A stretch of DNA of 64,000 nt from Azolla caroliniana. Lineage: Eukaryota; Plantae; Polypodiophyta. Below are positions 26,371-39,800 of the stretch, one piece after another. The notes under the pieces were generated by a model that was given only the letters and a program-made list of their open reading frames with translations, was not told where the DNA came from and ran no database searches. The translations under genes were made by a program, and so were the position numbers. Position 1 is the first letter of the stretch. Every line of letters begins with the position of its first letter. The DNA lies in contig JBHGNT010000001.1 in NCBI GenBank assembly GCA_043228905.1, forward strand, positions 23,188,001-23,252,000. Reading direction: 5' to 3'.

Positions 26371-27947
26371 TAAATTTATTCAGTGTCGATTCTTGTATGT
26401 AACCAATAAGCAAGATACACAATTATGCTCCACATAATTCTCATATATGTAAAAACAAAACTGCCTAATTCTCCTATGTGTACAGTGTATATGTAAAAAA
26501 ATAAACATTAGAAGTGTCTAATTTCAGTATCCCTTTTCAGATTTATAGGCAACTCTCTACATATTAGGTCATTGTATATATTCATAATAAGATTTGGTTG
26601 GTGTAAGATACAACACTATATTCGGGTGATACATCATTATTGTTTTTAGCAAGTTCACTTTCTATATAATAATCTTCCTGTATTTGCACATTCTTACAAC
26701 CCTCCAATTGAAGCCATAACCTCATCACTTACAGCATATCCTAAGACCTATGCTGTTAGTATCCATGTGAAACAACATTTGCAATCTTCATAGCTTTTAT
26801 GTTAATCAATTAGTAAATATCTAAGTCTAAGATAATCATGTATCAATAATACCCATTTGAAATTGGACTCAACTTCCAAGCTCGTCAAGCAACATCTGCA
26901 CTTCATATATCAAAGCCACATATCAAAGCCATAAATGAATAAAGGAAAGATGCACTTGTATGCAACCACTTATTTATGGAACAATCCACTCATATGTAAA
27001 GCATAGATGAGCAGAAGTTTGACAGAATTTTGTCCAAATCCATCGGCATGCAAATGGGAAAACAAAAACTCAATTTATACATCAGCATGTAAGTTCTGGA
27101 ACCAGACAGTTCAAAGTCACATCACAACTCATTTAAGGAACAATACACTCACTCATATGCAAAACATAGATCTTGGGTCTAACATAACAGATCACAAGTT
27201 TCAATTAATTTGACCAAATCCATCAGCAAGCAAAAATGAACATAAGAAGAATTCAACTCGTACATTATGGATGTTAAGTTATGAAACCAGAGAGTTCATA
27301 TCATGGTTTCATAATTATATGAGATAAAAAGTTCTGAATAATGATAATAACCCACCATACTAATATCAAAATTGCATTCCATGATATAATAAATAGAATA
27401 ATAAGTAAATTGATTCACTTGTATCTCATAAACACAATGAGATATTGCATGCAACCATTCAAATGATTACTCCTTTTCACTTATGTCACTTTTTAATGCA
27501 CAATTTTTTGGTAGAATGATCTGGAATACCTTCCAGAACGCTTTAAGAACATTTAGACCAAGAATACATGAGTAATGTGAAATTAAAATTGAGCCATTAC
27601 AGATTGATTCTTACACATTAACCAGATAGACTTTGGGTCATCATGTTAAGACCTGAATAGTACATGAAGCAATTTTTAATGCTTAAACCAAAACCTGACA
27701 ATTTCCAGAAATCCATATAGAATCATGGTTTATGAAGGATAAAAGTCACTTCCAACCTCTTTTATTAGTGAGTCCTCTACAGGTATATGTTCAGATTGTG
27801 TTAACACAATGCACTAATGAAAGCATGATATATATACTTCTGGAAAGGAATCATTGCATTCCATAAATACATTAATGGATGCCGATCATGATTTAGCATC
27901 AGATATACTACTTACACCATAGCAGCCATTAACTACCAGAGCACATT

Positions 27948-30900
27948 TCACACTCCAGTCGCATATAATCTTGTCCACTCCTTAGCTGTTTCAGATTTCA
28001 AATATCAACAGTTGTTTGTGTGAAGAATAATACAGAAATGCTTCAAATAGAATGGATAACAATTCATATTAGGTTGAGAAACCAAGACAATAAATACTTC
28101 CTCTGATCTTACCCTAACTAGCATAAAGAGTTTAGTTAAGGGAAAACCTGCGAAATACCTGAGTTTTTCTTTACTTTGCGAAAATGCCTCTAATTTTTGT
28201 TATTTCCAGAAAATACTTTGGTCAACTCTCTCTCCAGCAATTATATGTGCTATTTGAGCAATTATATGATCGATTCATCTTATTTTCTTCAGATATATGT
28301 GCTATTTGGGCAATTATACAATCAATTCATCTTATTTTCTTCAGATATATGTGCTATTTGAGCAAATTATATGCTCAATTCATCCTCTTTGGCATTTGGG
28401 GAAATGACAAAAACATTACAGCATTCAGGGTTTTTCCATTGACTGAATTGACATCATAATTAGGTTTCCAAAACAAGCCAGTTAATAGATCCAAAAGTCT
28501 CACCGGTTTCAACCGCCTCAGCTTCATTAGCCTTCCAATGTTTTGCAATATTCTCTGACAGTGGATCATCAGGATTGGGGGCACTGAGAAGTGCTTGTAT
28601 GCTGCAATTACCCTCTTTTTAATATCAAAATACCAAAAAACATCTTTCTTTTTCTTTTAAGGGTGGTTAATCATACCTTAGAATAATAGCATTCCTTTTT
28701 GTTGGGGGTAAGAAATAAATACACATTCTTAGATCATAAATGTAAAAACAGCAACAACATACCTTAGAAGAACTGTTCGAATTTGAAGTGCAGGGCTCCA
28801 CTTATCTTTCAGTATGTCTAAGCATATTCGACCAAGCTATAAGAGTGGGCACAGATAATTGATCTGATCATTATTTGATAACCTTTTTCTACATGTAGCT
28901 ATATTTGCAATAAATGTGTAAACCATACATACCTTGTCGATATTAGGATGATATATCTTTGTCAAAAACCGCACCTATTCAAGAAAGAGGATATCATTGC
29001 ACTAATAAAGCAAGATTTTAAGCACACAAAATGAATAAGGCTATCCCAGAGGTATTAACCTTAAATACTAAAGGGAGGGATTAAAGACATTATATAGAAA
29101 ACACAGCACGCCACACTCTAATCACTCTCACGTTCATCCTTGATCTTAAATAAGCAACAAGTGATATCAGGGAAAAACTGCCATGCCTCTGACTTCAATG
29201 AATCTCCCTATATTTCCAATATTTCCTGAAAGACCCTTAGTCAACCTCCTCTAAAGCAATTATATGAGCTACTTGAGCAAATATTTGGTGAATTTCATCA
29301 CTTTTTCTCAATTATATGCAGTAGTTGAGAAATTATACTGTCAATTCATCCTCTTTCAGGATTGACAAGGCTATTTGCAGAAATAATGAAAATCTTAGGG
29401 CATGGCATCTGGGAGATTTTTAGACATACAAGTATTTTGGAATTTTCCCTAAAAGCTACAAGGAAGGTGCTTAAATTTTCTTTTCTTTCATTTCATTCTT
29501 TACATACTTCATCATCACTTGTTAAGATATGCATCAAGTTAAACAGTATAATGGAAGACATTATTCCTCACCTTAGGTGCTGCCATGGGATACTCTTCAG
29601 GTAAGAATAGCTCTAACTTAAAGACTCCACCTACAAGGAAACAAAAAACAGATTTTGCTCAGACAACTTCCAATGGAAGAACCCCAATAGACCTTTCAAA
29701 AAGCTCAAGAAAAAAATTAATAGATTTTACATACTGCTATACATTTATGAAGTTCATGATCCAACAGTTGCTTCAAAATGGACTTTCACAATATGAACCA
29801 AAATTTGGACAGAAAAACATCATAGAGAAGCATTGGTGTTAGGCTACATGTTATGACAGATAATAACGCAAGGGATTAAGCATAGAACGCAAAGAATCTT
29901 TCAAAAAAGCAGAAAAAATATGTATTATATTATACATGACAGTCTTCATGATCTTAAACATCTTTCAAAGTTGACTCTGGAATATCGACAAATTTTGGAT
30001 GGATAGATACATCATTGACATATAGGAATTAAGCTTAATGCAAACAGACAATAAATAAAAGAAGAAGAACGCTATAAAAGAAATGGCAGACGTGACTTAT
30101 CTAGTAAGACAGAAAATATATACGTGTGTATGTGTGTATGTGTTTAAGATGTAACTTTGAATCACTGATCTATCCAGGCTTACCCCTATTGTGGTAACAT
30201 TCATTTACTGGAAATGTTGATCCTATGATTTCAGTAAACTCTTCCCAACATTTTTTGGAAGAATTGGGGTTCGATTTGTATTTTGCATGATTTTCCATAC
30301 TATACAAGATATGATTTGTGAAATTCACCAAAACTTTCCTAGATATTTTCCATGAAAATAAATAAATAAAAACCTCAGGGCAAACATGAATCCATCAACA
30401 AAGATATAAATAAAATGATTATATTTATGAAGATTCTTCAATGAGAGGAAATACCTTCATAAGCTGATTGACCAGGACCAAGAATCATGACATTGAAATA
30501 TCTCAAGTTGTCCTCACATGGAGAAGCACTGATTCCAGGAGCTGTGTAGAATTAGAAATAAAATTCAGAGATTCAGAGAAGAAAAGAAGAAAGTACAGAG
30601 CATAAAAAGGAGAAACCTACAGACAAAAGAACTCAGAGAAAAGCAAAGAAAAGAGGGGAAAAAAACACGAGATCACTTAATAAAAAAGAAAATTAAAGCA
30701 GAAGGACAGGAGACAGCACAGAAAAAAGCAAACGACACACAAGATCAGGCAACAGAAAAATAACTAAGCTAAGGAAAATTTGAAGCAAAGAGAAGAGAGC
30801 ATACAAACAAGATCAGGTATGAGAGGAAAGCAAAGGGAAGCAAAGATAGAGAAAAAGACACAAGCACAAGATCGCCTCGTAGAAAAGCAGATTAAGGGTA

Positions 30901-31349
30901 AAATATCTCATAAGATCGCCTCAAAAGGAAAAAATTTGAAGTACAGGAAAACAAAAAACATAGCAGGAGATCGAAAGCAAAGTAAATAAAAACAGAAAAC
31001 CATTTGAAAACTAATGAAAGATAAGATCACATTTAGAGAGAAGCAAATTAGTGGGGAAAAAAATACACAAAGGTCACATCAGCCATAAACAAAACGAAAG
31101 GGGGAATGGACAAAAACACACACACAAGTTTCATATCAGAGAAAAGCAAAAATCTGAAGAAAAATGGGAAACTTTAAGCTAACCTGGTTCGCTCAGCAAT
31201 CTTTGAGTTTCCTGCAGATCGATCAGAAGGGTGCAAAAAAAAACAAAAAACAAGGACTTTAAGCTCGAAACAAGACAGAGAAACTGGATAATGAGAGAGA
31301 AGATATCCATTACCTTGATGATTCGTCGAGGAAGATTGCTGCTAGTCAT
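27948..31349 (-). CDS. UBC13: Ubiquitin-conjugating enzyme E2 UBC13 (UBC35/36; K63-linked chains), 153 aa
   Basis: Eight GT-AG exons: 31349-31314, 31211-31184, 30541-30455, 29630-29572, 28974-28933, 28836-28763, 28601-28504, 27985-27948 (462 nt). They give [27 protein letters not shown]...[39 protein letters not shown]...[12 protein letters not shown]. Confidence 0.98.
28138..28443. mobile_element. MITE-like insertion in the last coding intron of UBC13; related copy at ~29168-29452
   Basis: Imperfect TIR-like ends AGGGAAAACCTG...CAGGGTTTTTCC. Internal GCAATTATATGTGCTATTTGAGCAA repeats are shared with 29168-29452 (CAGGGAAAAA...TTTTCCCT). No clear TSD. Confidence 0.45.
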
Positions 31350-31396
31350 GGCGTGTCGCGGATCTTCTCAGGGTTCGTTCGTAACTTTACGTTTTG

Positions 31397-31427
<31 letters not shown>

Positions 31428-32849
31428 GCAAAAAGCAGAGCGAAGACGAGAGATATGGATGGAGGTCATGGTATGGAATTAGAAGAAGTGTGATTATTAA
31501 TAATTAGTAGCATAATTCTGATTTATTTATTTACATGACATACCCCTCCCCATCGACTACATACATATATATGTACATTAACATACATACAAAGCAAATA
31601 AATGTATGTATGGAAACCGTCCGTGTATACATACATATATGTATATATGTATATATGCACATCAATCATTCAATAGCTCTCAAGTGGGTGCGCATTCACC
31701 CGCCATGCCCTCGTATCATCATGTTGGGTGTTCTGTCGGCAAACTTCTTATGTAAGAAGTGTAGTAGCACACTACAAATGACAAAACCACACAAGACTAG
31801 ATTTGATCTTGTTACGGGCATGACCATATAATATCCCGTGGTAAGATTGTATCGTAGTATTATCTACACGTAGATAAAGTGTGAGGGTTAAACGAGAGTG
31901 TAAAGAAGGGAATGATTACTTTTAATCCTTGGGGATTGAGACAACCCATTAAGGCCAAGTGTGAACTTGCATGGGGGCCTTGGGTCTGCCTATAAATATG
32001 AGGCTTGGCTACCTTCATTGCACACATCGTTCAATTACGTCAAGACTCTACTTAAGTGGTGATCAAACTCTTGAAGTGAGCGCACCAATACCAGGTGCGA
32101 CTAAGTGCCACGATGGTGGTATGGGACGCCAATCAAGGCTCGTGTCCATCTTGATCCCTTCGCTCGGGGGTGGTCAGGTGAATCGACGCCCTTCTTTCTC
32201 TCTCTCCTCTTTTTCTATCTATCTATTATATCATTATCATTTGCTTACATTAGGAACTAGCTCTAACAGTTGGTACCAGAACCTCGATTCCTAATGTTTC
32301 TTTTGTTGATTTTTTTTGTTGTTGTTGGATGGTGATCGATGGATGTGTGGTTGAGCTTGATCTAGAAAGGCATCAACATAAGAACTTTGGTATTCCTTTC
32401 TTAATTTTTTTTTCCTATTCTTTCTTTTCCCATTCTAATCATGTTTAAGTGTATATGTAATAATCTCATTGATTCAATTATGTTGTGGTAGTAATAATTG
32501 GTTGTATAAAACATTTACATATGTGTATGAGGTCAATACCGCAATTGAAATATATTTGATATGTGATTTGTGTCGTATGCGTATGAGGTCAATACCTCAA
32601 TTGTTATATATTGGATATGTGATTTGTGTCGTATGCATTAGAGATCAATACCTCAATTGCACATTGCATTCACTCTTGTTTTTTTGGGATGTTACGTGTG
32701 CGTAGAGGCTATATGCCTCAATTAGGTATCTCAATTACATCATTCATTGGTTAACGATTCTTTTATATACACATATGTACTCATATGTATACGTATTTAA
32801 TCGTATACATGTTATGAACATATATGTGTGTATATTAGAAATTTGTTAC

Positions 32850-32933
32850 TGTTAAGAATTAGGTAAGTAATTAAGCAAGGGTTAATTAGTACCTAATTAT
32901 GTGATTAAGTTAAGTGCGGAAAATTATGTGATA

Positions 32934-32971
<38 letters not shown>

Positions 32972-33292
32972 ACACTTATGAACAATACAAGATGGGGGAT
33001 GAGTAACTATATATTAAATTAACATCAACATCATCAAATACAAAAATACCCATAATGAGGTATATATACATCTCATGTGCAAAGGTGCATATGTGTGAGT
33101 AGAATACAAGTACTAATGTGTAAGTCCTATATTAAATGTACTTAGGAGTGGAGGATCTAGAATATCCCACTTAAGTACAAGGTCCTATTTAAGGCGTTAT
33201 AGTCAACACTTCTAACTAGATTCTATCTAGGTAACTATAAAGTTACATGGTTGACTAACTAACTAAACTAAGTTGAGCTTGATCTCTCAACA
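32850..33292 (-). mobile_element. Solo LTR (443 bp) nested in the Gypsy 5' region
   Basis: Termini TGTTAAGA...TCTCAACA; TSD GTTAC at 32845-32849 and 33293-33297. Confidence 0.85.
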
Positions 33293-33409
33293 GTTACATT
33301 CATAGAACGTAATATTTGTGTTCGTGCAAGCATTCCAACGTTTGGAAACAAACACGTTTGAAATGGGAAAAATACGTGCTCCTTTTCTTTTTCATTTTTT
33401 TTAATTACA

Positions 33410-33885
33410 ATTTACTCAACCCTAGTGGTAGGGAGTCATGCTATTGTTGTCTATGTCTTGGGTTCAATTCCCAATTTTCTCATTTGTTTCTCTCTCTCTC
33501 ATTAGTACCCTGTCATAGCAAAAATTTATGTCAGTGTTATAATAGTTTTTTTCTTTTATTTTTTTCTTATTACAACTAAGCACAACCTAGTGGTAAGTTG
33601 TTGTGCTATTATTACTTGTGTCTTGGGTTTAATTCCCAACTTTCTCATATCCTCTTGTTAGTGTCATGGTAAAATTTTATGTTAGTGTCATGTTCCTTTT
33701 TCTTCTTTTTCTTTCTTTCTTTCTTATTAGAAATTAGCTCACCCAAGTGGTAAGTTGTTATCCTACTACTGCCTATTTCATGGCAAAATTTTATGTTAGT
33801 GTCATGTTCCTTTTTCTTTCTTTGTTATTAGAAATTAGGTCACCCTAGTGGTAAGTCGTTATGCTAATACTGCCTATGTCATGTT
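33410..33885 (+). repeat. Four tandem tRNA/SINE-like units
   Basis: Units at ~33412, 33578, 33735 and 33836 start with a TAGCTCA.CC.AGTGGTA-like A-box. The first two carry GGTT(C/T)AATTCCC (B-box-like) and each is followed by T-rich tracts. Confidence 0.5.
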
Positions 33886-36800
33886 TTCTTCATATTCTCG
33901 AATATAAGTTTTATGAGTTTTTGAATGTTTGATTATAATTTATAATGACATATTTTGATACAATCTCTATAGTTCATACTCATTTTTTTGTAAAGTTCTA
34001 AAGTGAGAATGATAGAGATGTCTTGATTTGCATCCCAAAAGTATGCATGTGATACAATGCAAATATTGCAACCATACTTATGTTAGTGGTTCACAATGGA
34101 TTAGAGTCCACTTATTAGGATTGAGAGTGAATCAATATATAATATAGACCCTAGTCAATCCAATCCAACTTTGAGATGATTTACCATACACGTTTGATTG
34201 AATCATTCTCGAATGTGAATGCATGTATGATACGTATGGTTCATTCTATGGAACTTACATTATGTTAATTGATCGATGGTTGTCTTTCGGGGAAGGATCT
34301 TGGTGGCCGTCCTAACATTTTTGTGAGAATGGCGTAGTCACCATCCTTTTACAACAAATTTTTCTGTTATCCCTGTTGGTCACCTCGATTTCGTGATGTA
34401 TAACAATGAAACAAGCATAGCCAGAATGATGTTGTGAGTGAAGGGCTTGATCCACTTCATGTGAGGTTGCCCCTATGACACACACATTCAACATCCCTCA
34501 CTCGTTACATGATTATGATGCCACCATGAGATCATCATTACGAAAGGCATTCATAATAAAATAACCATGTGATGGGTCACGTGTGCCTAATACGAAAAGA
34601 GGGCTCACTCATGTGGCTTGACCATTAGGTTGCACTTTGGGGTATGCCATTGTAATGATGAGACTTGAGGTTGGGTAACGTAAAATAAGGACTCTAGACA
34701 TATACGTATTGTTTTAAAAAACATATATGAGTACATGCCACATGCCAGTTCACATATCTTTCATACGCATAAAACATTGAACATTCAATACAAGCAACCT
34801 ATTTGGTAGATGTTTAATGGATTTGTTCTTGAGGTTTCGAGTTCAAATATGACCAAGACCATACAACATTATTGATACATATGACTATAAAACATGTTTA
34901 GACTTTAGGTCTAAGTGCACTTCGGGGTTCTCGTAATATGACTTAAAGAGCCGAAACCACATGGGTGGGCACAGAGACATAGTTTATTGTTAACATTTTT
35001 TCGTGTATAAACTATTCATGTTGCGAACATACATGGTTGAGCCTTGGAGAGTTGCCATGAAAAAATCGATATAGAGATAAAGGAAAGACATTCATGATTT
35101 GTCACCCCCATGATTTTTAAAACCCCTTTGTGTTACCATAGTAACCCGATCTTGAACCTCATCTCAAACGTCTAGAGGGATATTGACATGAGATCATGAT
35201 ATCGATTAATGTTTGCCCATGATATGTTTACGTGACAACATTATGTTATGGCTATTTGTTTGACCTTATCCTATTTCTTTGCCAAAAATTATCATTCAAT
35301 GACTCATAATAATGACCCAATGGCACCCGCCCAAGCGGAAGGGGTTCAAGGAAATATTCCTTGGGCAATCCCCATTGAGTCGTATTTTTTATAAATACAA
35401 AATTTCCTTAATTTCACCTTGAAAGAGATTTCCGAACTTCGGCAATCTCATAGTGCTCTTGATGTACGTGTCATTAGTTTACAACATGATAATAATAGAC
35501 CTGATGAGCGTCAAGGTGAACCATCATTTGTCATAAAGTCATTTACGGGAGAAAAAAAAGAGGAAAGAACCGAAGAAGCAATCTGCGCGTGACTGGGCCG
35601 ATGGGAGCCTCATTTTGAGCTCTATCCCAAGCCAGATAGTACGAAGATCGCATATGTGGGTCAAGAAATAAGGGGTAAGGCCACAACCTAGTGGTGTGGG
35701 CTCCGCACTATGGGGAAATTGCCCGATACCTGGACTGAGTTTGTCACAGTTTTCAAGGGTGAATTGAATCTGCAACCTCCATCTTTAATTGAGGCAACAC
35801 AAGCTTTAATGAACCTCTCTAGTCGGAAACCTCGCTAGAAGACTATGTTCACCATGCTAGAACCCAAACCCAAAAATCAGGTCTAGACGAGGACAATTGG
35901 TTGATAGCTTGTTTTTCCAATGACATCCCCAATTCGGACTATCGATAGTGCACGATAAGGATCCAAAATTCTTCGAAGAGGACATTAAAATAGTTCTTTG
36001 TTATCAACGCACTTCAAAGAAGGACCATAACAAACCCGAAGCGCCCAGGACTAAGCAGTTACTATTTGCTGGGAAATGCAAGACACCCAACAAATTTATG
36101 AATCACGATTATAAGCAACAAAATCCTTTTTGCGTGTTCTGCAAAAAGAAGGGACATACGAAAGAGCAATGTCGGAAGCTCCAACGAAAAGAGCACGACA
36201 ACAAAACCAAAGTTCCAGACCATAAAGATCAGATTTTTATGTCCTTGAGGTATATACACATCATTTAAGTAGTTGTAAATGTTCTTTCCCTCACTATGTA
36301 TTGGGACCCAATGATTTACTATGTGCAAATGGGTATATCAATGGATCTCCCGTACAGTTCTTATTTGATTCGGGAAGCTCGCATAACTTTGTGAATGATC
36401 GTTTGGTTCAGATATGGAGAATCCAACCCACCGTAAGTGATCACACCTATAAGCTGCACTTGGCTGATGGAAGAGTACAATACATCAACGAGGCGATTCA
36501 TTCATTAGGAATTTCTATTGATTAATACTTATATAGAAGAAATAGATTTCCATGTAATGAATCTTTGTACCATTGATGTAATATTGGGTTATCCCTGGTT
36601 TATAATAAAAACTCTTCTTTATCTCTAGATTGGGTTCACCATTCAATTACTCTTGTACTTAACGATTGTACTCATTTTATTCAATATGTTAAAAAAATTT
36701 CTCTTTCAATTGTTTCCTCTCCATCAATATTCGAATTGTCTTATTCTTCTTTATTTTATTGTGTACTTGTTTGGAACATTCACCTTTATAATGTCGATAG

Positions 36801-39800
36801 TGTCTCGGGTCATTTATCATATTTTGAACAACTGTAACAACTCGATGAAATCTTAAATGATTTTCGTGTTGTTTTTCAGAGTGAACTACCACATGGGTTA
36901 CCTCCTAAACGTAATATAGACCATCGTATAGATCTTGTACTTGGTGTTGCACCAATAAGTATACCTCTGTATCGCTTAAGTCGATCTGAAGAGGATGACT
37001 TATCTAAGCAACTCAAGGACTATTTACGAATGGGTTATATACGTTATAGTAAATCTACATGGGGTGCACATGTTCTCTTGGTAAAAAAGAAAGAGGGCAC
37101 ATGGCGTATGTGTATTAATTACCGACGTTTGAATAAAGTGACGATCAAGAATTCATATCCATTGTTGACCGTCTTTATGGAGCTAGATATTTTACGAAAC
37201 TTGATCTCCGTACGGGCTACCATCAAATTCGTATAACTGAGGAAGATGTTCCTAAAATGGCATTTCGTACGCGCTATGGACATTACAAGTTTTTGGTCAT
37301 GCCTTTTGGTTTGACCATTCCTCTAGCCACATTTTAACAAGAAATGAATGACCTTTTCTATGCACAACATGGAAAATTTGTCATTATTTTCTTGGATGAT
37401 ATTCTAGTTTATAGTCGTACATTAGAAGAACATGCTAAACATGTCTGCTTTGTTTTACAAACATTGCGCGACAAGGAATTGTACACGAAGATCTCAAAAT
37501 GCGAGTTCTCCAAGAAATCAATTACTTATCTTGGACATTTCATAACCGAACGGGGAGTTGAAATTGATCATTCTCGCATCGAGAAAGTCAGACTTTGGCC
37601 CACTCTTCGGAATATTCGAGAAGTTCGATTATTCCTTGGTTTTGTCGTGTTTTTGCGAAAATCTCTTTGCAATTACTCCCAATTGACAACGTCGTTTATT
37701 GATCTTCTAAAAGGTCAAACACGTAAGTCTACAAAACCTATAGTATGGAATGCTACATTAGACGTTGCCTTTAAGGAACTCAAGAACCATGTGTGCAAGG
37801 CTCCTTCGCTTCTTTTACTAGATCCTTCAAAACCTTTTCAACACAAGTGATTATGTTATAGGTGTTGTCCTATATCAAGATGGTAAACCAATAGCATTTC
37901 AGGGTAAGAAACCTGATTCGGCTTAATGTCGGTATACCGTTCAAGAAAAGGAGTTCTTTGCAGACATCCATGCACTAAAGCCATGGCGTCATTATCTTTA
38001 TGGAAACCGTTGTGTGGTAACTACGGACCACGAATCCTTGAAATATTTTTGTGACCAACAAGATCTTAAGGGTCATAAGGCACAATGGGCAGATCTCATC
38101 CAAGTCTTTGATTTTTCCATATGATATCGTAAAGGTTCCGTGAACATTGTTGCTAATGCACTGAGTCACATTCGTGAAGTTAACATTCTTAGCTTCACTG
38201 AAATAACATCAAATCTTTATGATCACCTTCGAGGAAAGTATCTTGATGTTATTTTGGAAAATACTGGGCAAGAGTTGAGTTCGGAACAAACATCACCAGA
38301 ACCTCGAAGGAATCCTTCCACATTCCTAACGATCTACTCTACCGTAATGGGAAGGTTTGTGCTCCAGATATGCTTGAGGTCAAAAAGAGAATTCTTTTTG
38401 AATGCCATGATGCACCCTCAGCAGGGCACCCTAGAATACATGGCACACTCGTTCTCATCTCCACTCAATTCTACTGACCTAAGATGCGTCCTGTCATACA
38501 TAGCAATGTGACTAAATGTCACCAATGTTAGGTTAATAAAGCCGCTAGACTTTTACATACCTTGGAAATTCCCAACAATAAGCGGGAAAGTTTATCCATG
38601 GATTTTATTGTTAGCCTTCCTCGCACCCAAAAAGACCATAATGCCATCTGGATTGTGGTTGATATACTAACTAAAATGGCCAGATTTTTTGCTACTAAAA
38701 CTACAATAACAACTCTTGAATTGGCTTAGCAATTCGTTGATGAGTTATTTCCTTTTTATGGGTTACCGATGGATATTGATAGTGATTGAGATCCAAAGTT
38801 TACTACTGACTTTTGGATGCAAGTCTTTACAAAGTTAAAAACTACATTGAGCATGAGCTCCATGGACCATCCTCAATCTGATGGACAGACAGAACGAGTA
38901 AATCAAATTATTAAGGACATGCTTCAAGCATATGTTGGTGCAAAGCCAACAAAATGGGAACGTTATCTCCCAATTTTGATGTTTGCTTAGAACAACTCCA
39001 AACATACATCGACAGGATATAGTCCTTTTATGTTGATGTATGGTTTTCATCCACAAGCCCCAATTAATGTTAATATACATCATGATGAGTTGCGAAGTAC
39101 ACAAAACTTTCTTTGGGATATGCAAGATATGTTGCATATTGCACGAGATAATATAAAAACATCTCAAGATAGAGTGCGTTTTCATGTTGATAATAATAAG
39201 CAACCTTGTGTATTCAACCCTGGACAGAAGGTATTTTTACGCGTACTTCACAATTCTAAGACATTGTCTACGGGTAAGTGTGCTAAGTTAGCCCCACGGT
39301 TTTGTGAACCTTTTACAGTGCTCAAACGCATTGGTTCATCAGCCTATCGTCTCGCTCTTCCTGATGGCGTCGAAATCCATCCAGTTTTCCATGTAAGTCG
39401 CCTAAAAGAGCTTCTTGGTTCTGGCGACAATACAATCACAACTGAAACTCTGATTACTTGTGAAAAATTATCTTCTAAACCACATGTACTAGAGAGAATT
39501 TTCGATGTTAAAACAAAAAATTTGCGTTCTAAAATAATCCGAGAATTTAAAATTAAATGGATCGATAAGTCTGTACAATATGCTACATGGGAACGAGAAA
39601 ATACTCTTAACACTAACTTCCCTAACTTTTCATTGCAAGAGTGCAATGTTTTAAAGAGAGGGGAGTATGTTACAAGCATGACCATATAATATCATGTGGT
39701 AAGATTGTACTATAGTATTCTATACATGTAGATAATGTGTGAGGGTTAACGAGAGTGTAAAGCAGCGAATGATTCTTTTTAATCCTTGGGATTGAGACAA

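Noticed and set aside
30545-31180. Lys/Arg/Glu-rich + strand ORFs
   Set aside because: They are the reverse complement of the pyrimidine-rich second intron of UBC13.
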